This document shows, one piece after another, positions 55,595-63,842 of a stretch of DNA of 64,000 bases. Numbering within the stretch: the first letter of the stretch is position 1; every line of letters starts with the position of its first letter. Under the pieces are notes generated by a model. The model worked only from the letters and a program-made list of their open reading frames with translations. It did no database searches and had not been told where the DNA came from. Source of the DNA: an uncultured Pseudomonadota bacterium (GTDB taxonomy: Bacteria; Babelota; Babeliae; Babelales; CAIQNR01); assembly GCA_964604015.1 (NCBI GenBank), contig CAZRXF010000006.1, positions 16,487 to 80,486 of the forward strand, given 5' to 3'. The translations under genes were made by a program, and so were the position numbers.

Positions 55595-56476
55595 TTATAT
55601 ACGACGACGCAACGCCAACATTACAGGACTTGCGACGTAGATGGAAGAATACGTCCCGATAATAATCCCAATCAAGAACGAAAGTGAAAGCGTATGAAGC
55701 GCTTCACCACCAAACACAAAGAGCGCTCCTGCTGCCAACGTAGTAGCAAAGCTCGTCATCAACGTTCTTCGTAATGTTTGGTTGATACTTTCATTTACAA
55801 TAACTTCAAGGTTTTTGCCTTTTTCTTTGGCAGTGTTTTCACGGATACGGGCATAGATGATGATCGTGTCGTTAATTGAGTAGCTCAACATTGCCAAAAT
55901 AGCACAGATCACGTTTGGTGAAATTTCAAGACCGAAACAAGCAAAGACCGTCAAAATAGCTACTGCATCATGGAAGATTGCAACAACAGCACCCATCCCA
56001 AAAGAAAACGACCAAAAACGCCATGCAATATAAAGAAGCATCAACAGAAGACCGAGCAAAAGCGCCATGACCGCATTGAAGAACAACATCTGACCCGCAA
56101 GTGGCCCGACTGCATTTGCTTCTTGGACAGTAATAGTAGTATCAGGAAACTCTGCTTGAAGGCCTGCCTGCATCTTTTGAGCTAAGCCTGCCACATCAGT
56201 AGTAAAATCTTTTACACGAATAGCAACATCTGAGTTGCCAAGTTCACGGATAACAGCATCGCCCCATCCCTGTTTCATCAATGTTGTTTTAAGGTGTTCA
56301 GAACCAACTGGCTTACTAAATTTGTAAAGCACTTGAGTCCCACCGCTAAAATCAACGCTGTAGACAAAACCGCCACGGTACACATACCCAGCGATCCCCG
56401 CAGCCAGCAAGGCACAGGAAAAAAATGCTGCAAAATAACGATATTTCAAAAAATCAATGCGTGTATATTCAGCCAT
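55595..56476 (-). CDS. secF: protein translocase subunit SecF
   Basis: 293 aa from the ATG at 56476 (GGAGAG upstream). Six TM helices, a periplasmic loop and YSINDTIIIYARIRE. There is no secD next to it. Confidence 0.85.
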   Translation of the reverse strand: MAEYTRIDFLKYRYFAAFFSCALLAAGIAGYVYRGGFVYSVDFSGGTQVLYKFSKPVGSEHLKTTLMKQGWGDAVIRELGNSDVAIRVKDFTTDVAGLAQKMQAGLQAEFPDTTITVQEANAVGPLAGQMLFFNAVMALLLGLLLMLLYIAWRFWSFSFGMGAVVAIFHDAVAILTVFACFGLEISPNVICAILAMLSYSINDTIIIYARIRENTAKEKGKNLEVIVNESINQTLRRTLMTSFATTLAAGALFVFGGEALHTLSLSFLIGIIIGTYSSIYVASPVMLALRRRI

Positions 56477-56560
56477 CCTTACTCTCCGTGGGATACGTAA
56501 CACTTCACTCGTTTCTCAAAACGGAAACTACCACTACTATTTTCATATTTCAAAAATGAA

Positions 56561-56824
56561 CTACTGACCACTTACTGGATCAATAGAAACAAACCTACGA
56601 CCGCGAGGACCGTAATGGAATCGAAGGACCCCAGAACCTACCGCATAAAGAGTATGATCTTTACCCATACCAACCAGCTTACCTGGATGAATGCGGGTAC
56701 CGCGTTGTCTTACGATGATCTCACCACCGGTCACTTCTTGCCCTGCAAAAAGCTTAACACCCAGGCGTCTACCCCTACTATCACGACCGTTTTGAGTGGA
56801 ACCACCCGACTTACTCGTTGCCAT
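56561..56824 (-). CDS. rpmA: 50S ribosomal protein L27
   Basis: 87-aa ORF with [21 protein letters not shown] and [13 protein letters not shown]. Confidence 0.95.
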   Translation of the reverse strand: MATSKSGGSTQNGRDSRGRRLGVKLFAGQEVTGGEIIVRQRGTRIHPGKLVGMGKDHTLYAVGSGVLRFHYGPRGRRFVSIDPVSGQ

Positions 56825-56994
56825 CGAAAACCCTTAGATTTTTAATAAAGACTGACTGTTTTCAAAAATAAGCACATTATCTTCAAAAATTGACGTTTTT
56901 GAGTATGACAGCATACCGCTAAAAGTCAATACCACCATCTGGATGCTCCCCCTAATCAAGCTTTTTGTAGTAATAACCTGCACAAAAAACGAGC

Positions 56995-57339
56995 TCATTT
57001 TTTTGCCGCCTGTTGGCCTAAAAAAAAGCCAAGAAGCTCTAACCCAGCCCGCCAATACTCTTCCTGACACGCCTTAACAACAACTCCTACGCAGGAACAG
57101 AGCCCACAGGGGTTACACATCCCCCCTTTATCGCACAACTGATCCTTTTTTTGAGGATCCGCTGCACCCTCAAGCTCTCTTTTTACTTCTGCTATCTCAA
57201 TTTTCTGTCCAATTCTGTTCACCTCCGCATCTTGTAGATCTTGAACAGTAATCACAACCCCCGTGGGGAAATCACTTGCATCACACCATGACGTCCCACC
57301 AATCAACAACCCCACAAATAAACATGCCTCTTTTCCCAC
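56995..57339 (-). CDS. small Cys-rich secreted/membrane protein (hypothetical)
   Basis: 114-aa ORF with a hydrophobic N-terminus, a cysteine cluster CDKGGMCNPCGLCSC and a hydrophobic C-terminal segment. It fills the thyX-rpmA gap. Confidence 0.4.
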   Translation of the reverse strand: MGKEACLFVGLLIGGTSWCDASDFPTGVVITVQDLQDAEVNRIGQKIEIAEVKRELEGAADPQKKDQLCDKGGMCNPCGLCSCVGVVVKACQEEYWRAGLELLGFFLGQQAAKK

Positions 57340-57350
57340 ACTCGCCCCTT

Positions 57351-58121
57351 TTATCGATTATCGCCCAATTGTTCCGTCCACTCTTTCACTGTAGCATTCC
57401 ACGCCTCTGTGGTGAGATATTTTTTTCTCCACGCTTCAAGGGTAAGCGGAAAGTGAGGGAGCGCAAGACGCAATAATGCTCCTGCATACATTCTAATTTC
57501 CCATTGCGCGCCTGAAGAAAGACGAAGTTTCAAAAAGTGCATAAGAGAGTGCAAATTGCAGGTAAAAATAAACTCGGTGTATGTTGCAACCGGCATGACT
57601 GCTCGTGCTTGCTCTCTACACACACCAGCGGCAAGAAGTTGCTCATATGCCTGATATGAATTTTCTAACGTCTTCTTATACACCTCACGCAACACATCAT
57701 CTGAAAAAGAACCGACAGACCCTTGTTTATTAACCGTATCTTGATACCTGAATGACGTTGGAATATAAAATTCCGTCTTTATTTCTACGTACCGATAACT
57801 GATTTCGTTGTAAGAATTCATCCGATGACGCATCCATTGACGTGCTACAAAAATTGGAGCCTTAACTCGAAACGAAAGCTGGTTATGCTCAAAGGGGCTG
57901 GTATGTTCATGCTCCATCAAAAATTCAATTAATTTTTTATCGCGTTCGCTAATAGCTGTCGAAACCCTGCCATACGAAACACGGGCAGCATTAGCAATAT
58001 CAAGATCAGAACCAGAAACACGAAGTAGCTCCACAGAACTTACGCCATCTTGAAGCGGATCTAGTTTCGTGTCTTTCTCTGCAAATACCGACTGCTTCTC
58101 CAAAAGTTGTTCTTGTTTCAT
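57351..58121 (-). CDS. thyX: flavin-dependent thymidylate synthase
   Basis: 256-aa ORF carrying the ThyX signature RHRMNSYNEISYRY (RHRxxSxxxxSxR). Confidence 0.93.
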   Translation of the reverse strand: MKQEQLLEKQSVFAEKDTKLDPLQDGVSSVELLRVSGSDLDIANAARVSYGRVSTAISERDKKLIEFLMEHEHTSPFEHNQLSFRVKAPIFVARQWMRHRMNSYNEISYRYVEIKTEFYIPTSFRYQDTVNKQGSVGSFSDDVLREVYKKTLENSYQAYEQLLAAGVCREQARAVMPVATYTEFIFTCNLHSLMHFLKLRLSSGAQWEIRMYAGALLRLALPHFPLTLEAWRKKYLTTEAWNATVKEWTEQLGDNR

Positions 58122-58135
58122 TTCTTTCCTTACTT

Positions 58136-60841
58136 TTAACTTACTTCTTTCCAGTTTTTACCGGTCGCCCTATGTACCGTCAGGGGAACTTCCCAGGACA
58201 CGACATGCTCTAGTTCATGAATAACCATTTTTTCTACCTCGTCGATTTGCGATTTTGCAACGGTCAATAAGAGTTCGTCATGAATCTGAAGAACAATTCC
58301 CGCGTCATATCCCCCTTTTTTTAACGCTGCATGCACGCGTAACATCCCCATTTTCATAATTTCAGCAGCTGTTCCTTGCGCAACAGTATTGACCGCAATC
58401 CGACACGCTTCTTCATAGAGATGTTTATTGCGCTCATGAATGGCAGGAACCGGCCGTCTTCTTCCAAATACTGTTTCTGTGTAACCATATTTTTTCGTCT
58501 TTTCAATAACCTCATCCATCCATTCTTTTACTTTGGGATACCGAGCAAAATATGTCTCTATATACTTTTTTGCATCCTTATGAGGGATATCCAAATCTTT
58601 TGAAAGACCATACGCAGTCAACCCGTACAAGATACTAAAGTTAATGCGCTTGCCAATATTGCGCTGGTGCTTCGTAAGTTCTTTGGCTGGAATACCAAGC
58701 AACGCCGAGGCTGTTTCTGCGTGAATGTCATGCCCTTCCTTAAACGCGCGAATAAGATTTTCGTCTTTGCAAAGATGAGCCAAAATGCGTAGTTCAATCT
58801 GCGAATAGTCAGCCGACAAGAACACATGTCCCTTTTCCGCTACAAACGCCATTCTGACCATGCTTCCTAACCCATCGGTCGGAATATTTTGCATGTTTGG
58901 TTCTGAACTTGCCAAACGGCCAGTCGCCACCCGTGTTTGACTGTACGTTGTATGAATACGTCCCGTGCGTGGATTGATGTACTCAGGCAATGCTTCAAGG
59001 TACGTGCTCTTTAATTTGTACAGTTCCCGGTACTGAATAATGTAACTCGGAATCGGGTGCTCTTTTGAAAGTTCCATGAGCACCTCATTATCCGTTGCGT
59101 ACCCTGTTCCTTTTGCACTCTTTTTTTGCGGGGGAAGTTTTAAGTATTCAAACAGTAACTCGGCAACCTGACGCGGAGAATTGAGATTAATAGCCGCATA
59201 GCGAGGATCAAGAAGACCGGTAATCGTTCGATAGATTTCGGCAAGTTTCTTTTCAACTGAAACGTGAAGCTCTTTCAAAACCTCGCGATCACACAAAATA
59301 CCACGCGCTTCCATCTCAAAAAGAACCTCAACTAAAGGAAGCTCGATATCATAGTAGAGCCTTTCAGCACCCTTTTCCTTGAGCAGTTTTTTAAGAGGTT
59401 CATACAGCTTTAACGTTTGGTGCGCATCAGCTGCTGCATACTCAGTTGCTCGCTTCAGCGGCACATGAGAAAAATCTTTAAATTTATGCGCCGTAACCAC
59501 CTCGTCAAAGGTAAGCATCGGTTCTTGTAAATAATGGGCAGAAAGTTCTTTAAGTGAATTTTTTTGCCATTCATCTTTGACCAACGCTGCAGCAAGAATG
59601 GTGTCAAAGATCAATCCCCTTTCTCTGACATCATTTTGATACAACACTAATTGATCAAATTTTGCATGGTGAGCAATTTTTTTAATTGATGGACTTTCAA
59701 AAAGGGGTTTTAATGCCGCAAGTACCTCATCTCGTGAAAGTTGCTGCTCTTGCGTTACATGCCCACACGGAATGTAGTAGGAAATTCCTTCTTCACAACA
59801 AACCGAAACCCCCACCAGATTTAAAAGGAGTGGATTAAGCCCGTCACCTTCTGTGTCATAGGCAAAAACCTTTTTCGTATGCAGTTCCTTCACCACAGCA
59901 TCTAACTGCTCTTTGGTTGTCACCGCTTCAAACGTGTATCCTTTTTCAAGTGAAGACCGGACGCGATGCTCCCCTGATGCTGAAACTGGCATTCCCTTCA
60001 GGAGACTCTTGAAATGTAATTTTTCAAAGAAATCACGCGCCTTTGTCCAGTTAGAAAAATCAAAGACAACCTCTTTGTCTTCAGTCGCAAGCACATGTTT
60101 ATGAAGCGTAAATAATTTTTCACTCAAAAACGCATCATCTTTATGCGCTTCCAATGCCTTTCTGACCCCTGGCTGAGCAACACGATGAATGTCTTTGTAC
60201 ACATCTTTTAATGAGTCAAACTGCGTAACCAGTTCAAGTGCACGCTTTTGCCCTACCCCTTTTACTCCCGGAATGTTATCCGACGTATCTCCCAGCAGCG
60301 CAAAATAGAAAGCAGTCTTTGCAACAGGGAATCCCATTTTTTCCTCAAAGGCCTTCTCATTAACAAACATGTCCTTGAATGAGTCATAGATGATAACTGA
60401 TGGAGAAAGCATTTGCCCCATATCTTTATCGGAGGTAACCACCACCACGGTACCCTTTTTTTCTTGCCACCACAGGCCCAAGGAATACATGAGATCATCC
60501 GCTTCTACCCCCGTTTGAGCAACCTGATGGAGCCCAATGAGATCTGCAAATTTCTGTATAAGTTCCTTTTGCTCAAAAAGATCACTCGGTGGTGCCTGGC
60601 GCGTCGCCTTGTACTGATCATACATTTCATGGCGTGTCGTTTTACCCTTGCTATCCCATACCAACACCATGTGTGTAGGCGCAAATTGCTCTGCTATCTT
60701 TTTGATCATCCGGCAAAAACCATAGACCGCCTGAACCGGTTTGCCCTCCGGGGTATGCAGCGGCTGCAATCCATAATAGGCCCGGTAAAGGAATGACGAC
60801 CCATCAATCAAAAAAAGACTTTTTTTCGTATCAAAGCTCAT
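58136..60841 (-). CDS. polA: DNA polymerase I
   Basis: 901-aa ORF with the 5'-nuclease motif LIDGSSFLYRAYY, the 3'-5' exo motif FAYDTEGDG, pol motif A LSADYSQIELR, motif B RNIGKRINFSILYG and motif C VLQIHDEL. Confidence 0.96.
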   Translation of the reverse strand: MSFDTKKSLFLIDGSSFLYRAYYGLQPLHTPEGKPVQAVYGFCRMIKKIAEQFAPTHMVLVWDSKGKTTRHEMYDQYKATRQAPPSDLFEQKELIQKFADLIGLHQVAQTGVEADDLMYSLGLWWQEKKGTVVVVTSDKDMGQMLSPSVIIYDSFKDMFVNEKAFEEKMGFPVAKTAFYFALLGDTSDNIPGVKGVGQKRALELVTQFDSLKDVYKDIHRVAQPGVRKALEAHKDDAFLSEKLFTLHKHVLATEDKEVVFDFSNWTKARDFFEKLHFKSLLKGMPVSASGEHRVRSSLEKGYTFEAVTTKEQLDAVVKELHTKKVFAYDTEGDGLNPLLLNLVGVSVCCEEGISYYIPCGHVTQEQQLSRDEVLAALKPLFESPSIKKIAHHAKFDQLVLYQNDVRERGLIFDTILAAALVKDEWQKNSLKELSAHYLQEPMLTFDEVVTAHKFKDFSHVPLKRATEYAAADAHQTLKLYEPLKKLLKEKGAERLYYDIELPLVEVLFEMEARGILCDREVLKELHVSVEKKLAEIYRTITGLLDPRYAAINLNSPRQVAELLFEYLKLPPQKKSAKGTGYATDNEVLMELSKEHPIPSYIIQYRELYKLKSTYLEALPEYINPRTGRIHTTYSQTRVATGRLASSEPNMQNIPTDGLGSMVRMAFVAEKGHVFLSADYSQIELRILAHLCKDENLIRAFKEGHDIHAETASALLGIPAKELTKHQRNIGKRINFSILYGLTAYGLSKDLDIPHKDAKKYIETYFARYPKVKEWMDEVIEKTKKYGYTETVFGRRRPVPAIHERNKHLYEEACRIAVNTVAQGTAAEIMKMGMLRVHAALKKGGYDAGIVLQIHDELLLTVAKSQIDEVEKMVIHELEHVVSWEVPLTVHRATGKNWKEVS

Positions 60842-61048
60842 AAGCCACCTCGTACAGTACTATAATTTTAAGGCAGTTTACCTCAGCCCGTAAAATACAC
60901 CATATACCATTATTTTTATGCGATCATAAGCTCAAAAATCAGCACTCCAAAAAACAAACTATTGCTTTTCGCTGATCCAGAGCGCTAAATTGATACTAAG
61001 TGCATGGGAAACAGAAAGTTCTGCCCCCTGTAAAAATGGAGGATACAT

Positions 61049-61570
61049 ATGAAGAAGAACAAATTTTTATTATTGGCACTTGGAGCCGCTTTACTCTGTA
61101 CGCAGATTGATACCCGCGCAGGGCAACAAGGGCCAGATGCTATGGAAGTCATTGGGGCAACGCTTAATGATTTGAGAGTCGCTTTTAACGCACTGGATGA
61201 GTGTGTAACAGACTGCAAAAGAAACAAAAATTTTCACTACGAGTCTATCGCTAGATTGGTTCCCGCACCAATTGTTCCCCCTCGTGGTCCTGTTCCACCC
61301 GTGTTCCATGATATTTTTGGCAGAATCAATACTATGGAATCACTGCTTCTTACTTTGAATAAAGCAATGGGAGAAGTAATGTCTGACTCAAAGAATTTTT
61401 CTTATGTCTCGATTACCGCACAAATCCCAGCATCTCTACCCCCAGCAACCGCCTCTGGCCCAGTACCTCTTCCATTTGTAAGCATCTTTGATGCAATCAA
61501 TGAGATGGAAACAAGGCTGCATGGTTTAGACCACGCGATTGAAGAACTTTCAAAAACTAGAAATAAATAA
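61049..61570 (+). CDS. small secreted protein, family member 1 (internally triplicated helical motif)
   Basis: 173-aa ORF with GGAGG 7 nt upstream and signal peptide MKKNKFLLLALGAALLCTQIDTRA. Two ~57-aa repeats (KNFHYESIARLVPAPIVPPRGPVPPVF / KNFSYVSITAQIPASLPPATASGPVPLPF) each follow an I..IN.ME helix. Confidence 0.7.
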   Translation: MKKNKFLLLALGAALLCTQIDTRAGQQGPDAMEVIGATLNDLRVAFNALDECVTDCKRNKNFHYESIARLVPAPIVPPRGPVPPVFHDIFGRINTMESLLLTLNKAMGEVMSDSKNFSYVSITAQIPASLPPATASGPVPLPFVSIFDAINEMETRLHGLDHAIEELSKTRNK

Positions 61571-61613
61571 GAAAAGTTAGTCCACTTTGTTAATTTAAAA
61601 ATGGAGAATCCGG

Positions 61614-61946
61614 ATGAAGAAAAATAAATTTCTACTGCTTGCCTATTTGGTAACAACATTTACAGGTGCTTCACTAAACGCGGGTGAACAGCTACCACGT
61701 GACGGATACTACGATGGTCCCCCTATGCCGTATCAGTTTAAAGGACGTATGGGAGAGCCTATGCCCATGAGACCAATGCCAGCTGGAGAACCTATGCCAA
61801 TGCCTATGCCACGTGAAGGAATGGCTATGCCTTCAATGCCTATGGACAATGCCCACAGAGAAATCATCAACCGACTCAATCGCATAGAAGCTATGCTTTC
61901 TAAAATCTTGAAGATTGAAGAAGAACGCGAAAGAAATCGTCAGTAA
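61614..61946 (+). CDS. small secreted Met/Pro-rich protein, family member 2
   Basis: 110-aa ORF with GGAGAA upstream and the same MKKNKFLLLA start as member 1. Contains GEPMPMRPMPAGEPMPMPMPREGMAMPSMPM, then the helix IINRLNRIEAMLSKIL. Confidence 0.7.
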   Translation: MKKNKFLLLAYLVTTFTGASLNAGEQLPRDGYYDGPPMPYQFKGRMGEPMPMRPMPAGEPMPMPMPREGMAMPSMPMDNAHREIINRLNRIEAMLSKILKIEEERERNRQ

Positions 61947-61987
61947 TTTTTAAAAGACTTTTATCCTAAAAAAAAGGAGGATATCAC

Positions 61988-62368
61988 ATGAAGAAATCGT
62001 TCAAAAAACTCAGCGTCGTTTTGCTTGCTTTTGCAGCAGGACAGGTACAAGCAAAAGATGTTTATCAACCTAAGACCCCATGGCCATTTGCGCCTTTTGA
62101 AGACGCAGCTGTAGGTGCTGGTTCAGTTACCGCTGAAGTTGTTACTGCAGGTCACGCAGACACAGGTAACGGAGCTAGTGGTCTAGCTGTTGCAGTTCCT
62201 GATGCTGTTCCAGGTGTTTCTTATGCTCGTGGTAAAGACCGAGACGAATCAGAAGAAAAAACAACCAAAAGACAAAAACGCAAAAATAAAAAAGAAACGT
62301 CATCATCCAAGTCATCAAAAAACAAGAAGAAAAAGAGAAGCAACGATGACGACGACAGTTCTTACTAA
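61988..62368 (+). CDS. small secreted protein with a K/S/R-rich basic tail
   Basis: 126-aa ORF with AAGGAGG upstream and signal peptide MKKSFKKLSVVLLAFAAGQVQA|KD. C-terminal KRQKRKNKKETSSSKSSKNKKKKRSNDDDDSSY. Confidence 0.7.
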   Translation: MKKSFKKLSVVLLAFAAGQVQAKDVYQPKTPWPFAPFEDAAVGAGSVTAEVVTAGHADTGNGASGLAVAVPDAVPGVSYARGKDRDESEEKTTKRQKRKNKKETSSSKSSKNKKKKRSNDDDDSSY

Positions 62369-62393
62369 GAACGTTCTTTTGACTAGAAACTAA

Positions 62394-62427
62394 AGAGGGG
62401 CAGTTGCCCCTCTTTTATTTTTTTACA
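62394..62427. terminator. intrinsic terminator between the convergent small-protein operon and the PP2C gene
   Basis: The hairpin agaggggca-gt-tgcccctct is followed by tttatttttt. Confidence 0.8.
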
Positions 62428-62430
62428 GTT

Positions 62431-63402
62431 TTATTTATTAAATTCAGGCGTCTTTTTATAGCGCACACAAAGAACGGTAATGTCATCTTTGCTTTTACGC
62501 ACACGTGCTGTCTCTGCCAATCGTTTAGCAAGCGCCTTACAATCTAGCCCTTCAGCAATTCCCTGCATAACCAGTTCATAGGTTTGCTGATTGGTTACCA
62601 CATCCCAATAGCCATCAGACGCCAAAATAAGAACATCATTTTCTTCAAGCGCTAGACGTGTAAGTTCTGGTTCGGCACTCAATCCATAAAGTTTGTGCAT
62701 TTCTACATCGCCCAAAGAACGTCCTAAAGCAAGTGATGTCCCTGGAGCTCCTTTATGATCTACTGTAGAAAAAGCAATGCTATTGCGTGATGGTCGAATT
62801 ACCACAAGTCGCGAATCGCCCACGTTACCAACCACCAACTCTTTTCCTTGAATAACACCACACACCAAAGTGGTTCCCGATTGCTGAGCATAGGCAGTTC
62901 GTGTGTAACGCTCTTGTGTACTTTTACAAGCGCCTTTAATCCCCTGTTCCACATCTTTGTGTTTGAGAACATCGAGAGGAAGATTTTTTGCTACCTCTTG
63001 CGCTATTCGTTCTCCGAACTTTCCATGACCATCAAATACTCCAAAGAATGCTTTACCGACCAAAGCCCCTACAAAACCAGCATCTTGGCAAGAATACGCA
63101 GGACGGTTGTTACCCCCACGAATATTCTCAATCATGTACACACCATAGGTAATCTCAGGACCTAAGCGATGCTCATTGAGCGTATGAACTTTAGAAACAG
63201 GGGTATACACCACCACATCCTGTTCTGGAATTTTTTTCATCGGAGGAATTTTATAAGGAGCAGCCTTCACTGCTGCAGCACGCGATACAAGGCGCCCTGA
63301 AAGCGCAGTGTTTAAAGAATTCGCGGTAACTGTTTGCGCAGAAAGCAAACTGTAAGTAATGCCAACAGTGGCAAGAAGCAATAATGTAAAAGCTTTTTTC
63401 AT
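62431..63402 (-). CDS. secreted PP2C-family Ser/Thr protein phosphatase
   Basis: 323 aa from the ATG at 63402 (GAGGGG upstream) with signal peptide MKKAFTLLLLATVGITYSLLSA|QT. PP2C motifs FGVFDGHG, GTTLVCGV, ILASDGYWDV and DDITVL. Confidence 0.85.
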   Translation of the reverse strand: MKKAFTLLLLATVGITYSLLSAQTVTANSLNTALSGRLVSRAAAVKAAPYKIPPMKKIPEQDVVVYTPVSKVHTLNEHRLGPEITYGVYMIENIRGGNNRPAYSCQDAGFVGALVGKAFFGVFDGHGKFGERIAQEVAKNLPLDVLKHKDVEQGIKGACKSTQERYTRTAYAQQSGTTLVCGVIQGKELVVGNVGDSRLVVIRPSRNSIAFSTVDHKGAPGTSLALGRSLGDVEMHKLYGLSAEPELTRLALEENDVLILASDGYWDVVTNQQTYELVMQGIAEGLDCKALAKRLAETARVRKSKDDITVLCVRYKKTPEFNK

Positions 63403-63582
63403 GATAAACCCCTCAGAGTAAAGAGTATGCTTTCCCTTATAGTACCGATTACCAGGCACTTTAGCAAAAGCTCCTATCTGAAAATGACTTTTCTTGGCTT
63501 ATTTTGATGATTCAATAAAAGTAGAAATTCCCTAATAAATAAGCTCAATTTGCCTTAAGGTTTATTCGCTATCCCCCCATAA

Positions 63583-63756
63583 CGTCATCCCCAGCGATAC
63601 GACTTGTCCTCTGAAACCTTGGTGAAAGAGGAAGTAAGCGTCGGGGATCCAGTCAATTGGTTAAAATGTCCTCTGTGTCACCTCAGAGAGTAAAGCGCAC
63701 TGAGTGAGAGTCTTTTAATTTTACTGGATCCCCGACGCCTCCGGCTGGGGACGACG
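63583..63756. other. nested long-range inverted repeats (candidate structured RNA or MITE-like element) in a divergent intergenic region
   Basis: The outer arms cgtcatccccagc (63583..63595) and gctggggacgacg (63744..63756) pair over 13 bp with one mismatch. The inner arms gcgtcggggatccagt (63638..63653) and actggatccccgacgc (63723..63738) are a perfect 16 bp. Confidence 0.4.
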
Positions 63757-63842
63757 TAGAAAATCAATATCCCTGAGAAATGATCCAGAAAGATTTATCT
63801 TGAAGCGCAACAAGCCCGTCGAACTGTGCTACACTTAAGGCC

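Noticed and set aside
56834-57070. A 78-aa ORF in the rpmA upstream region.
   Set aside because: It overlaps the 3' part of the Cys-rich ORF and the putative rpmA promoter. It has no SD and a non-protein-like sequence.
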